From positions 8,768 through 72,767 of the forward strand of contig DAYD01000001.1 in NCBI GenBank assembly GCA_002506755.1: a DNA stretch of 64,000 nucleotides, read 5' to 3'. Made by a program: the position numbers and the translations under genes. Shown piece after piece: positions 37,178-47,572 of the stretch; position 1 is the stretch's first letter, and each line of letters opens with the position of its first letter. The stretch comes from Euryarchaeota archaeon UBA462 (GTDB lineage Archaea > Thermoplasmatota > Poseidoniia > Poseidoniales > Thalassarchaeaceae). Below the pieces are notes generated by a model that worked only from the letters and a program-made list of their open reading frames with translations, did no database searches and was not told the DNA's origin.

Positions 37178-40100
37178 ATGAGAGCCATGAGAACTGGTCC
37201 CAAGAAGTTCGGCCCCCTATTAGTCTCGATATTGGTGTTATTTCTTGATGTGCCGATAGGTTCAGCGATGGTAATCGAGGATGTATCTGATTTCAATAGC
37301 GCCACTGAAGAAGAGCCTTATGACCATATTTCTCCCCTGTTTTGCGATGGAGAGGAGTGTCAAGTCACAGATCGGGAACCAGATTATTCCCCCCTAGATT
37401 CAAGCCCCCCAGTAATGGAATTTGGGTGGTGGTTTGACTTTTGGTCAGATTTGGACAAAAACGGGATGGATGATAGGCTCCAGATGATTATTGCGGGCGA
37501 AAGGGAATCGGTTTCAAAGACATCCATTATAGGACAAGACAACAAGTCAACCGTGGCAATAATTGTACACTATGCATGGCATCCGGGGCCCTCCGATATC
37601 GAATCAATCAGATTATTGATAGAATCTCATGGCTGGGAAAGGGAGGGTTCTTGGTTCATGGTAATGGATCACTTGGATGCGATAGTTATGGATCATGTTC
37701 CAATAAGTTCACTTCTGGATATCTGGAGCTTGGATGGTGTAGTCCTAATAGAGGAGCAAAACGTGATTGTGCCCTACCTGAATCTTGCGGCTAAGGGTTC
37801 AAAGGTTAGGCCTTCTGATGTTTATGACGAGACAATTAGGGGACTGGGTTTTCACGGATCTGGCAAGGTTATTGCAATTCTTGATACTGGAGTCGATAAT
37901 GAGCACTTTTCATTAGATGATTTTTCGGATGACAACAATGACAACTCTAAAGATCCTGATGACCTAACAGATCCGAAATACCTGGGTGGTTGTGACTCTA
38001 CGGGTTTGGGTTCGTCTGGTTGTAATGACGAAGATCCGGATGATGGTGATGGGCATGGGACCCATGTTGCAGGGATAGCGCTCGGAACTGGGGATTCCAG
38101 TAGGGAGAATCAAGGCTACGCACCTGGATCGTACCTAGTGGATGTGAAAGTAATGGAAGACTATGGCGGCGGAAACTCACAGTCCATCCTTGCTGGGCTG
38201 CAATGGGTGATAAACAATAGGGACACAGACTGGGGAAATAATGCATCCAGCAGAGGGATACAAGTTGCGTCGATGTCTTTTGGAAATGCGAATTTTGGAG
38301 GCGGAGACGGGGGCGATAACGGAACCTCAGCCGAGGCCAGTCTTGTGAATCAGGCATCCGAGAACGGCATAGTATGTATTGCTGCCATTGGGAACGATGG
38401 TGCAAATAATGTGAATTCAGTTGGAGCCGCCGACACTTCGATAACTGTTGGATGGGGTGACGACAAGAACACAATAGACAGAGAGGATGATGCGATTAGC
38501 TCCAACTCCAATTATGGTCCGAGACTGAGCGATGGTGATGGCGACTCGTGGGACGAAATGAAACCCTGGGTAGTTGCTCCCGGATCAAACATAAATTCGG
38601 CCCAACATGCAGAATCCTCCGGAATTATCCCCGGATCAGAAGTTAATCGTGCCAGTGACGATTATACTCAGAAGTCCGGTTCCAGCATGTCGACCCCCGC
38701 AGTAGCAGGACTAGTCGCTATCATGCTGGAAATTGGTGAAGAGAGGAACTTGGAATTTATGGATGAGGATGAGCCAGGAATCGAAAGATTCGAAGCGATT
38801 AGGAGTTTTCTGGCTAGCGGATCGGAATTCAGAGAAGGGTGGAGCGTAGATGATACATTTGAGGGGCACAGCTGGAACTCAAAGTACGGATTTGGCATCA
38901 TAGATGGCGGAAATGTGGCCCGAGAGATGTTTGGAACAGGAGGGGGTGGCGGGGGCGGAGGAAACCAGACCACAGGCCCCAGTGGCACTCAAGAAGGCCA
39001 TTGGGTGGAAATCGAGAGTCCGAAAAAGTGGTCTTGGCTAGTCGAAGGAGAGACGTATAGCCTTAGGGGAAGCATAGACGAGGATGGGAGAGAAAATGGC
39101 ACTATTGAGGAGGTAGTCACATATGTGGAAATCGAATATAGAGAGCCGGGTATGCCGAAATCGAAAGAAGTATTAGTCAACTGGACAAACCCCATAGGGA
39201 TATTGAATTGGACAATTCCATTTGTAGTTCCAGAATTTCCAGAAGACTATACTGAAATCTCAGTATGTGCCCATGCCTCTGCTAGGAATGAAATTGGAAG
39301 GTGGAGCAACAACACAGAGTTTTGCTATCATGTTGGGAGGGTGAATATAACCTTGGAGTCACCCAGCGGTACAGGAGAGTTGGAGGGTTTAGTGCAAGTA
39401 TCGGGCCTATTTCAGTCAATTTACAATGCTACAATAGAATGGAGGCTCGACAACGAAGAGTGGGAATTTGGAGCATTCTACGACGACGGTTGGGGTGAAG
39501 AAGTACATATCGATGGGAGGGATGACCACGATGCGTGTGTCCATATGTTCAGGGGGGATAGTAGTGGCAACTGTCCTGCTGATGATTATGGATGGACTGA
39601 ATGGAGCTTCAACTGGGATACGACCAGACTGAAAGACGACGAGTACAGGCTATCCGTGAGAATCGTCAGTGCGGTGGGAGTAGTGTCTGAGGAGATAAGG
39701 AGGCAAGTAAGGGTGGACAATGTCGACCCCATGCCAGACCTTCTTTTTGTAAGCAAATCGATATCCGTTCAAGAGTTTGGAATACCAATCAAAGAGTCAT
39801 ATGTTAACACCTTCTTGGAAGTTAGAGCCACAATTAGGAATACAGGGGACCAAGCCGCGACAGATGTTGGAATTGTCCTTGAGGAATGGGGGGAACGGCG
39901 GGATGAATACATAATCGCCAACATAGACTCGGGAGAATTTGTAGAAGTAGTGTTGTACTGGAATCCGATGGAAGCTGGTAGTGCATTTATTTCAATTTCT
40001 CTTGATCCCGTGAATATTATCGAAGAATTAGATGATGCTAACAACGAGTTGTCGGGGACTTTCGAGGTATTGCCAAGGCCTCCGGGAGTTGATCTAGCCA

Positions 40101-42091
40101 TCAGAGAAGGGGCCATTTACGCATCTACGGTTTCTAGCCCCATACCAAGACCAAATGAGCCTGCAGTTGTTCAATCTAGAGTCGATAATCTCGGATCACA
40201 AGACGCTACCGGAGTTGAAGGGCGTTTGGAAATAAATACGGATAGGGGATGGGAACAAGTGGGATCTGCCACCCTACCTCTAATTCTAGGGGGCTCACAC
40301 AGCACAATTTCGTTTCCTTTCACCCCGAACCAGACCGGTCCGATAGAGCTCAGAATCAGCGTCCTAATGGAAAATGGATCTGATAACGACATGGAAAACA
40401 ATGTGAGAACAAAAACAGTGTTGGTCGATTCTTCGACGTTATCTGGCCCTAGAGATGCTGAGTTAAGACCCGGCGAGTCCCCTGTGCAAGTGGTGAGTAT
40501 TGATGAGGAAGAGGGAGACATTCTGATCACTGAAAGGGAAGGCAGCTTGCTAATGTACAAGTTGACTCCTAGCAAATCACTAATCGAATGCAATAACATC
40601 ATCGAAGATAGGTGGTCTGGTGATTTGTCTACAGTAAGTACAGACGAAGGCTTCGCACATATCGTTTGGACTCGCAGGTATTTAGCTTCGAATGGTTTCT
40701 TGATGCAAACCGTAAGCTACTCGACTATAGACTCAAATTGCAAAATGACCCCAATCCAGGATCTCATGAAAGGAATCCCTCTTTCTGATGGGAAATACTG
40801 GGGCATTGATGTAGACGTTGAAGATACAGAGATTCTCGTATCCGGATACCACAGGGACATTTTTGGGGAGGGAAGTCTGGTCGATGAGACAAATATATTC
40901 CTAATCTATGCCGATTCACCCCTATCCTCCACCGACTGGATATTGAACCCCGAAATAGTGAACGATATTGATGCGGACCCTGCTCAGACATACCCCCTGT
41001 CTGTAGAGCTTGGGTACGAACAGGCGCATATTTTGTATCAGACGGTTAGGAACGACTCAACAGGCAAGGATAGGCTTGGAGTTTGGTATACTCACGGCGA
41101 GGTTACACAAGAGACATGGACCTACAGGAGAGCGGTTGGTGATGAGGCCGGAATCCCCAAATTATCAGTGGTTGTTGAGGATAATGAAGACAGGTTGGTT
41201 TCTTTCTGGCGAGAGGGGGGGGCGCAGGACTCGGAGCTTGTCGCCTACGTAACGGACTCAGCATTTAGCATAGAAGAGGGTATGGAGGTTAGACTTCCGG
41301 CAAGAGGGCTCTCTGAAATTGAGTTAGTGGAGACTGACAGAGGGATACAGGTCATGTTCGATATGGTGGGACCAAATGGGCCACAAATTGAATACGGACT
41401 AATAGATCTTGATAATGGTTGGTTGGGGCTTTCCAACTCAATAGTCTCTGGGCAATTGAACTCCATGGACAGGTCAATAGATACTAGAGAAACTATGATC
41501 GTCATCTCTTCTCCCGGTGGTTGGCAAATCAGAACTCTAATTGACGATGATAGTCAGAGCAGAAATAGTGGAATTGTAGATCAAGTAAGATCATCACTGG
41601 GGCTAGATCAAGAGAGTTTTGAAATCCTAGTCATTGGGGTTTCATTCGCGATTTTGGCTCTCGGACTAGTCGCCCTAGCCTCCGTGTCTGCTCAAGGAGT
41701 AAGGTGGATGGGGAAGAGAAGGAGCTTCGACTCTGAATCAAGTGTCGTTATGGAAGACGATGTTGTTGACATAATAGGGGACTCTGACATCACACTGAGA
41801 ACGGATGAGATAGAGGTCATTACAGAAGATGAAGATGAATCCAAGGAATTCACTGGACAGGATAGCAGACGCGCAAGAAGGGAAAGGAGAATATCAAACT
41901 CCGAAGACGGGGTTGATTCGTTGGAGTTGCCTGTTGATTCCTCGGAATTTAGTGACTTGGATGTCTCAATGGCCAAGCCTATGGGGAATTCCGCAAAAGC
42001 AGAGTGTGTTGGGTGCGGAAGTAGATTTGTAGTCAGCTTTGAGGTTTCCACGACAAGATGCCCAGTTTGTGGATCAAGAGTCGATCTTTGA
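37178..42091 (+). CDS. Large membrane-anchored S8 subtilase with CARDB/Ig-like domains and a C-terminal Zn ribbon
   Basis: ILDTG, HGTHVAG, GND oxyanion, GSSMSTP; Gly linker; two CARDB-like repeats (PDL..TIRNTG..DP.N.IEELDDANN; DLAI..VDNLG..DNDMENN); TM; CVGC..CPVCG. Confidence 0.9.
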   Translation: MRAMRTGPKKFGPLLVSILVLFLDVPIGSAMVIEDVSDFNSATEEEPYDHISPLFCDGEECQVTDREPDYSPLDSSPPVMEFGWWFDFWSDLDKNGMDDRLQMIIAGERESVSKTSIIGQDNKSTVAIIVHYAWHPGPSDIESIRLLIESHGWEREGSWFMVMDHLDAIVMDHVPISSLLDIWSLDGVVLIEEQNVIVPYLNLAAKGSKVRPSDVYDETIRGLGFHGSGKVIAILDTGVDNEHFSLDDFSDDNNDNSKDPDDLTDPKYLGGCDSTGLGSSGCNDEDPDDGDGHGTHVAGIALGTGDSSRENQGYAPGSYLVDVKVMEDYGGGNSQSILAGLQWVINNRDTDWGNNASSRGIQVASMSFGNANFGGGDGGDNGTSAEASLVNQASENGIVCIAAIGNDGANNVNSVGAADTSITVGWGDDKNTIDREDDAISSNSNYGPRLSDGDGDSWDEMKPWVVAPGSNINSAQHAESSGIIPGSEVNRASDDYTQKSGSSMSTPAVAGLVAIMLEIGEERNLEFMDEDEPGIERFEAIRSFLASGSEFREGWSVDDTFEGHSWNSKYGFGIIDGGNVAREMFGTGGGGGGGGNQTTGPSGTQEGHWVEIESPKKWSWLVEGETYSLRGSIDEDGRENGTIEEVVTYVEIEYREPGMPKSKEVLVNWTNPIGILNWTIPFVVPEFPEDYTEISVCAHASARNEIGRWSNNTEFCYHVGRVNITLESPSGTGELEGLVQVSGLFQSIYNATIEWRLDNEEWEFGAFYDDGWGEEVHIDGRDDHDACVHMFRGDSSGNCPADDYGWTEWSFNWDTTRLKDDEYRLSVRIVSAVGVVSEEIRRQVRVDNVDPMPDLLFVSKSISVQEFGIPIKESYVNTFLEVRATIRNTGDQAATDVGIVLEEWGERRDEYIIANIDSGEFVEVVLYWNPMEAGSAFISISLDPVNIIEELDDANNELSGTFEVLPRPPGVDLAIREGAIYASTVSSPIPRPNEPAVVQSRVDNLGSQDATGVEGRLEINTDRGWEQVGSATLPLILGGSHSTISFPFTPNQTGPIELRISVLMENGSDNDMENNVRTKTVLVDSSTLSGPRDAELRPGESPVQVVSIDEEEGDILITEREGSLLMYKLTPSKSLIECNNIIEDRWSGDLSTVSTDEGFAHIVWTRRYLASNGFLMQTVSYSTIDSNCKMTPIQDLMKGIPLSDGKYWGIDVDVEDTEILVSGYHRDIFGEGSLVDETNIFLIYADSPLSSTDWILNPEIVNDIDADPAQTYPLSVELGYEQAHILYQTVRNDSTGKDRLGVWYTHGEVTQETWTYRRAVGDEAGIPKLSVVVEDNEDRLVSFWREGGAQDSELVAYVTDSAFSIEEGMEVRLPARGLSEIELVETDRGIQVMFDMVGPNGPQIEYGLIDLDNGWLGLSNSIVSGQLNSMDRSIDTRETMIVISSPGGWQIRTLIDDDSQSRNSGIVDQVRSSLGLDQESFEILVIGVSFAILALGLVALASVSAQGVRWMGKRRSFDSESSVVMEDDVVDIIGDSDITLRTDEIEVITEDEDESKEFTGQDSRRARRERRISNSEDGVDSLELPVDSSEFSDLDVSMAKPMGNSAKAECVGCGSRFVVSFEVSTTRCPVCGSRVDL

Positions 42092-42098
42092 GGTTTTT

Positions 42099-42725
42099 AT
42101 GTCTGAGGTTATTCTTGCCTCTTCTTCGACAAGAAGAAGAATATGGATCTCTGAAATGCTTGAGGGCTATGACGTAGACCTGAGTTTCTTTGATTTAAGT
42201 GGTTCAGAGCCAGAACCTGGATACGGATCAGAGGTTCGAATACAGGTAGAGAAAAGTTGTAATTACAAAGCAATTGAAGCTTCAAAAAACATATCTGGAG
42301 AGGCGGGGGGCAACCGTATTATCTTGGTATCTGACACTCTGGTAGAAGATCCCGATGACAACCTCTATGCTCTTGGAAAACCAATAGACAGGGTAGCTGC
42401 TGCTTCCAGTTTAATCAGGCTATCCGGAAGGAGGCACTTAGTTTGGTCATCCACCGCAATCTTAGAGATTGGAAAGGGAGCATTAGAATTGGAAGGAGGG
42501 TGGAGAGCTGACGTTTTCACTGATTCTTCGATTGTCGAATTCGAAGAAATAAGTGATGGGATGCTAGATAAAATGATCAGCACTAAATCATGGAGTGGTA
42601 AGGCCGGTGGGTATGATCTTGGAGGTATTGCCGGAAGCATCGCTAAGGTAGTCCGAGGGAAAGAGGTTACAGTTCTTGGATTTTCAGGCGGCTCGATGGA
42701 TGTGCTTACCAACCGTTTGAGTTAG
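42099..42725 (+). CDS. maf: Maf-family nucleotide pyrophosphatase
   Basis: ILASSSTRRR, SDTLV, GKP, LSGRRH, KAGGY. Confidence 0.88.
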   Translation: MSEVILASSSTRRRIWISEMLEGYDVDLSFFDLSGSEPEPGYGSEVRIQVEKSCNYKAIEASKNISGEAGGNRIILVSDTLVEDPDDNLYALGKPIDRVAAASSLIRLSGRRHLVWSSTAILEIGKGALELEGGWRADVFTDSSIVEFEEISDGMLDKMISTKSWSGKAGGYDLGGIAGSIAKVVRGKEVTVLGFSGGSMDVLTNRLS

Positions 42726-43276
42726 ACGAAGGTAACTCCTCCATGTTCCAAAACAAAATCTCTCTGTATATCATTAAACCATTCTAGCATAGAAGAGCTG
42801 AATTTCACCGAATATACCTGTTCGTCTATCAAAAGATCGTCTTGAATTCCCTTGAGTGTTCCTGGCGCGGCGCCACAGGAAACACATGCACCATCCAAAT
42901 CAATGATCAGGGAAAGTGCCCTGTGTCCAGCATTGGTGATCTCAACCTCTGCACTGGATACAACTATCGCGCCACCATGCCCTTCCAAGGCTGCTCTGAC
43001 AGGGCCGAGTCTTGCCATTAGAGCCGGGACCAAATCGGGATCGCTAGATTCGTAAAGCTCAACCAAAGATAAAGAGCAAAGTCTGGATGTCTCTTCTGGA
43101 TCATTCTTTTCGGCAACTATTCTTTTTGCTTCCTTTTCCATTAAATCCTGAATTTGGGCTTTATACAGGTCTTCCAGAGCATCACTTGTTGTTTCATCGT
43201 CGGAGGATTTCACAAATACTGGGCAGAGGTTCTCAGATTTTAGAGTGCTGAGACAATGCAGAGATTGAAAAGCCAT
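42722..43276 (-). CDS. NifU/Nfu C-terminal domain Fe-S carrier
   Basis: VRAALEGHGG, LDGACVSCG..TLK; divergent from sufC; true start probably GTG at 43213. Confidence 0.82.
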   Translation of the reverse strand: MAFQSLHCLSTLKSENLCPVFVKSSDDETTSDALEDLYKAQIQDLMEKEAKRIVAEKNDPEETSRLCSLSLVELYESSDPDLVPALMARLGPVRAALEGHGGAIVVSSAEVEITNAGHRALSLIIDLDGACVSCGAAPGTLKGIQDDLLIDEQVYSVKFSSSMLEWFNDIQRDFVLEHGGVTFV

Positions 43277-43300
43277 GTTGAATGTCGTAGGTTGAATACA

Positions 43301-44053
43301 ATGGCCACATTACCGCTACTGAAGATTTCAAGCCTGCGAGCCGGTATCGATGATAATTCCATCTTGAAGGGGATTGACCTCGAAATCAGACCGGGCGAGA
43401 TTCATGCAATAATGGGTAGGAACGGGAGTGGAAAAACCACAACTGCAAATGTGATAATGGGACATCCAGACTTTGAGGTGGAGGATGGAGAGGTACTCCT
43501 GGAAGGGAAGAGCCTGTTGGAACTAGAAGCGTGGGAGAGGGCGAGGCAGGGTGTGTTCCTGTCTTTTCAATATCCTCAATCGGTCCCCGGGCTACAAGTA
43601 GGAAATTTTCTGAGGAAATCGGTTTCGAGCATCAGAGGCGAGGATGAAGCCAAGGGAGCAGGATTCAGAGACTCGCTGAAGCAGGCCATGGAGTCTTTGG
43701 ATATCCCTCGATCGTTCCTTTCGAGGTACGTCAATGACGGATTCAGTGGGGGGGAGAAAAAGCGCTTTGAGATTCTCCAGTTAATGCTCCTAAAACCAAA
43801 ACTTGCCGTTCTAGACGAAACAGATAGCGGGTTGGACATAGACGGAATAAGAACCGTTGCAGAAGGGGTTAACGCAGCGATTAGGGGCACTAATTCAGGG
43901 GCATTGATTATCACCCACTACTCTAGGATACTAGAGCATGTCATGCCAGACAAAATTCACGTTCTCATGGATGGCAAAATAGTTGCCTCAGGAGGCCCAG
44001 AACTTGCTACAAAACTTGAAGAACATGGCTATGAATGGCTAAAGGAAGACTGA
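43301..44053 (+). CDS. sufC: Fe-S assembly ATPase SufC
   Basis: [43 protein letters not shown]. Confidence 0.96.
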   Translation: MATLPLLKISSLRAGIDDNSILKGIDLEIRPGEIHAIMGRNGSGKTTTANVIMGHPDFEVEDGEVLLEGKSLLELEAWERARQGVFLSFQYPQSVPGLQVGNFLRKSVSSIRGEDEAKGAGFRDSLKQAMESLDIPRSFLSRYVNDGFSGGEKKRFEILQLMLLKPKLAVLDETDSGLDIDGIRTVAEGVNAAIRGTNSGALIITHYSRILEHVMPDKIHVLMDGKIVASGGPELATKLEEHGYEWLKED

Positions 44054-44061
44054 GGGATATT

Positions 44062-45474
44062 ATGGGAGATAACTTGGAAGCGAGAGAAGCAGTTGGGGAT
44101 TATAAGGCCGGATGGCACGATCCAGAAAATTCTACAATTAGATTTGATTTTGGACTCTCCGAAGAAGTAGTCAGGGAAATTTCGAATCTGAAGAGTGAGC
44201 CCTCATGGATGACGGAAATGAGGGTCAAAGCTTTCAATCATTTTATTGAGAGGCCCATGCCCAAGTGGGGAAATACCCATCTACTCGAGGAAATTGACTT
44301 CGACAAAATATGCTATTACCTAAGATCGTCTGAATCTACCGAACGAGATTGGGAAGACGTGCCGGATGACATCAGGAACACTTTCGAGAGACTTGGGATC
44401 CCAGAAGCGGAGCAGAAGTGGCTTTCAGGGGTTACAGCGCAATATGAATCCGAGGCAGTATACCATAGTATTAGAGAGGACCTAGAAGAGCAAGGAGTAA
44501 TATTTCTAGACATGGATTCGGGCCTCAGAGATTTCCCAGAAATCGTTAAGAAATGGTTTTGTTCTGTTGTACCCCTCACTGACAATAAATTCGCTGCCCT
44601 CAACACGGCAGTTTGGTCGGGAGGGTCTTTCATCTACGTGCCCAAAGGAGTTCATGTTGAAATGCCAGTCCAGGCATACTTCAGAATCAATGCGAAAAAT
44701 ATGGGTCAATTCGAAAGAACCCTAATTATTGCAGATGAGGGGAGCAGCATCCACTATGTCGAAGGCTGCACTGCCCCATCATATTCTACTGACTCACTTC
44801 ACTCAGCGGTAGTTGAACTGGTCGCCTTACCCGGGTCTCACATTCGTTATTCCACAATTCAGAATTGGAGTTCAAATGTATACAATCTAGTCACCAAGAG
44901 AGGAATTGCCCACGAGAATGCGAAAATAGAATGGGTTGACGGAAATATAGGGAGCAAACTCACGATGAAATATCCTGCAGTCATTCTGAAGGGGGAAGGG
45001 AGTCATGCAGAGGTTATTTCCGTCGCATATTCCGGAGATGGACAGCATCAGGATGCAGGAGCAAAAATCCACCATTTGGCCTCCAATACAACCAGTAAAA
45101 TTCTATCAAAGAGCATAAGCAAGAGCGGTGGAAGAGGGTCTTACAGAGGAATGGTGACCGTTTCTCCCAAAGCTGACAACTGTAAATTGAACGTTGTTTG
45201 CGACGCCCTGATTCTGGATGAGGATAGTAGGTCCGATACATATCCCACAATGGAAGTATCCAATCCAACTGCAAGATGCGAACACGAAGCAAGTGTTTCC
45301 AAGGTCAGTGATGACCAATTGTTCTACCTTATGAGCAGAGGTCATTCCGAGGAAGAGTCGCTTGCAATGATTGTGAATGGTTTCTTCGAGCCGTTCACAA
45401 GAGAGCTTCCCATGGAGTATGCTGTTGAGCTGAACCAGCTTATGGCATTGGAGATGGAAGGAAGCATCGGCTGA
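44062..45474 (+). CDS. sufB: Fe-S assembly scaffold SufB
   Basis: [45 protein letters not shown]. Confidence 0.96.
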   Translation: MGDNLEAREAVGDYKAGWHDPENSTIRFDFGLSEEVVREISNLKSEPSWMTEMRVKAFNHFIERPMPKWGNTHLLEEIDFDKICYYLRSSESTERDWEDVPDDIRNTFERLGIPEAEQKWLSGVTAQYESEAVYHSIREDLEEQGVIFLDMDSGLRDFPEIVKKWFCSVVPLTDNKFAALNTAVWSGGSFIYVPKGVHVEMPVQAYFRINAKNMGQFERTLIIADEGSSIHYVEGCTAPSYSTDSLHSAVVELVALPGSHIRYSTIQNWSSNVYNLVTKRGIAHENAKIEWVDGNIGSKLTMKYPAVILKGEGSHAEVISVAYSGDGQHQDAGAKIHHLASNTTSKILSKSISKSGGRGSYRGMVTVSPKADNCKLNVVCDALILDEDSRSDTYPTMEVSNPTARCEHEASVSKVSDDQLFYLMSRGHSEEESLAMIVNGFFEPFTRELPMEYAVELNQLMALEMEGSIG

Positions 45475-45483
45475 GGTGATATT

Positions 45484-46587
45484 TTGGACTCTGCTTCCAA
45501 GTACCTCGATCTGGGCGAGCCCAGCAGATCCAGCCACCTATGGAAATATACTCCTTGGAAGAGAGTCCATCCCTCTGGCAATATAGGAGAAATTCCAAAA
45601 CTAAGTAAACCGAAACTAAGCTTGTCCCTTCTTGACGGGGATGATGCTCCCGATGGAATTACTCTCATTGAAGGTGGGAAAAACGAAGTTGACTTACCAG
45701 ATACTGATGAAATCACTCACTCATTTCTGGAGGCGATCTCGGAGAATTCAAAGTGGACATTAAAGGTCGATAAGGGATTTCATTCCGAAAATCCGGTAGT
45801 TTTGGAGATTGAAGCTGGGGATGAGGCATCTTCCTGCCATATTTCCTTAGACATAGGGGAGTCTGCTGAGATCGAGATTGTGACAAAAGTGACGGGTGGA
45901 AAGGACTGGTTCGGGCTTCTTAGAACGGGAGAAGTAGGAAGTGGGGCCATTCTAAACGATGTCCTAATTGGGTTAATGGAAAGAGGCACCATGCTTAGGA
46001 CAGACTCAATTTCCGTTGGAAGAGATGCCCATGTAAGGGCAGGCACTGTCTCTTCTGGTTCTGAGAAAACTAAGTCCGATGTTCGATTCAGAATGGGCCA
46101 AATTGGGGGAAGCGTGAGGGTTCTTGGTTCGATACTTTCGACGGAATCTATGCATTTGGACCACCATATAGAGATACATCATGACTCCCCTCAGACCTTC
46201 AGCAGGTTATCATGGCATTCGGCTTGTGGAGGGGATAGCAGAACAGTGGGGACTGGGATGCTCAGGGTAAGTGATGGATCAAAGGGGGCTGATGCAGCTC
46301 AAATTTTCCATAATCTATTACTCTCGGAAAAGGCGGAAGCGGATTCAATCCCAGAGCTGGAAGTAATGGAACATGACGTAGTGGGGTGCGGGCATGGGAC
46401 TGCTAATGGACCAATCGATGAGCAACAGATGTTCTATCTCGAGGCAAGGGGTTTGAACAAGCAGGAGGCGAAAAGGACCCTTATCGCGGCATTTCTAAAC
46501 TCAACTCTATCGGAAATGGGGAGTGAACGGCTACACGAGTGGTTGGTTTCGGAACTTACTAAAAAGTTAGAAACATTAGAGTCTTAA
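45484..46587 (+). CDS. sufD: Fe-S assembly protein SufD
   Basis: WKYT, NLLLS..AEADSIPELE...DVVGCGHG, QMFYLEARG. Confidence 0.88.
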   Translation: MDSASKYLDLGEPSRSSHLWKYTPWKRVHPSGNIGEIPKLSKPKLSLSLLDGDDAPDGITLIEGGKNEVDLPDTDEITHSFLEAISENSKWTLKVDKGFHSENPVVLEIEAGDEASSCHISLDIGESAEIEIVTKVTGGKDWFGLLRTGEVGSGAILNDVLIGLMERGTMLRTDSISVGRDAHVRAGTVSSGSEKTKSDVRFRMGQIGGSVRVLGSILSTESMHLDHHIEIHHDSPQTFSRLSWHSACGGDSRTVGTGMLRVSDGSKGADAAQIFHNLLLSEKAEADSIPELEVMEHDVVGCGHGTANGPIDEQQMFYLEARGLNKQEAKRTLIAAFLNSTLSEMGSERLHEWLVSELTKKLETLES

Positions 46588-46626
46588 CTTGGAAAATGAT
46601 TTGGGCCTAATTAATATCGGAGAGGC

Positions 46627-46767
46627 ATGGATACAGACCACTGCGAGGATATTTTCTGCCAATGCGGTTTCAGAGGAAGAGCGATTCCCATGCGCCAACA
46701 TATGGAATGCCCATCCTGTCGAAGAGTAATCGAAGCTTGTTGTGAGGGAGTTCCTGAATACGCCTGA
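46627..46767 (+). CDS. Cys-rich 46-aa microprotein (putative metal-binding)
   Basis: Manual translation MDTDHCEDIFCQCGFRGRAIPMRQHMECPSCRRVIEACCEGVPEYA; GGAGAGG RBS; fills the gap after sufD. Confidence 0.65.
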   Translation: MDTDHCEDIFCQCGFRGRAIPMRQHMECPSCRRVIEACCEGVPEYA

Positions 46768-46827
46768 GGAATTCATTGAACATGGTTTGGTGAAGTCTAT
46801 GTACAACCGCATTTTAGCTTACCACAT

Positions 46828-47571
46828 ATGCAGAAAAATGGGCTCAATGATAGGGGTCATGAATTAAAAATCTCTATGATTCTAGGCGGATTCACTGCAG
46901 GGTACCTCATTCTATGCTTTTTAGCACCTTTGTCCTTGCCCACAGGATCGGTTCCCGAACTCTCAGGTAGGGCGAATGCCATCGATTATGCGTTCGAAGA
47001 TAGCTGGGGGAATGGAGAGAATGGAGAGGGGTCGGACATTGGCCATGACCAATCAAAACATGGAGGAGCATTTGCATGGAGTGAACTCAATCCACTTTGG
47101 GCATTTACCTACGCCTTCGGAGATCTGAATTGTCATCAGAAGCATGAGCGTTCATGGGAGATAAATGGCAACCAGATGCCAGTTTGCACACGAGATATTG
47201 GAATATTCACGGGTTTTTCAATAGGTTGCTTGATCTTTGGACTTAGAGGATTCAACAGGTGGACCATCAGAGATACCTTCCTTTCAGTTTTCTCAGATTC
47301 GAGGATTCAAGGAGTATATGAAAGGGATTTGAGGATAATTGTAATGATTGTAATTTTGGGAATAGGAGTAATGCCTATGGCGATAGATGGTTTCACCCAG
47401 CTCCTTGTTGACTCATATGAGTCTAACAATCCATTGAGGATTGCTACGGGTTTTTTTTCAGGACTGGTGGCTGGATGGTGGTTCTGTTCGGCTTTCACGG
47501 CTAGGCCCAAATTCTTCAAAGGGATGGAGGCCGTTTTACTTCCAGCAAATTCCAGATTGGTATCCAAGTGA
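46828..47571 (+). CDS. DUF2085-family membrane protein
   Basis: CHQ..ERS....QMPVCxRxxGI, PMAIDGFTQ, ESNNPLRIATG. Confidence 0.85.
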   Translation: MQKNGLNDRGHELKISMILGGFTAGYLILCFLAPLSLPTGSVPELSGRANAIDYAFEDSWGNGENGEGSDIGHDQSKHGGAFAWSELNPLWAFTYAFGDLNCHQKHERSWEINGNQMPVCTRDIGIFTGFSIGCLIFGLRGFNRWTIRDTFLSVFSDSRIQGVYERDLRIIVMIVILGIGVMPMAIDGFTQLLVDSYESNNPLRIATGFFSGLVAGWWFCSAFTARPKFFKGMEAVLLPANSRLVSK

Positions 47572-47572
47572 G

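Noticed and set aside
38939-38962. G-rich run as a repeat or G-quadruplex element
   Set aside because: Encodes a Gly8 linker with mixed codons between S8 domains; explained by the protein
46576-46812. 78-aa minus-strand ORF after sufD
   Set aside because: No motifs; the plus-strand Cys-rich ORF with an RBS explains the interval better
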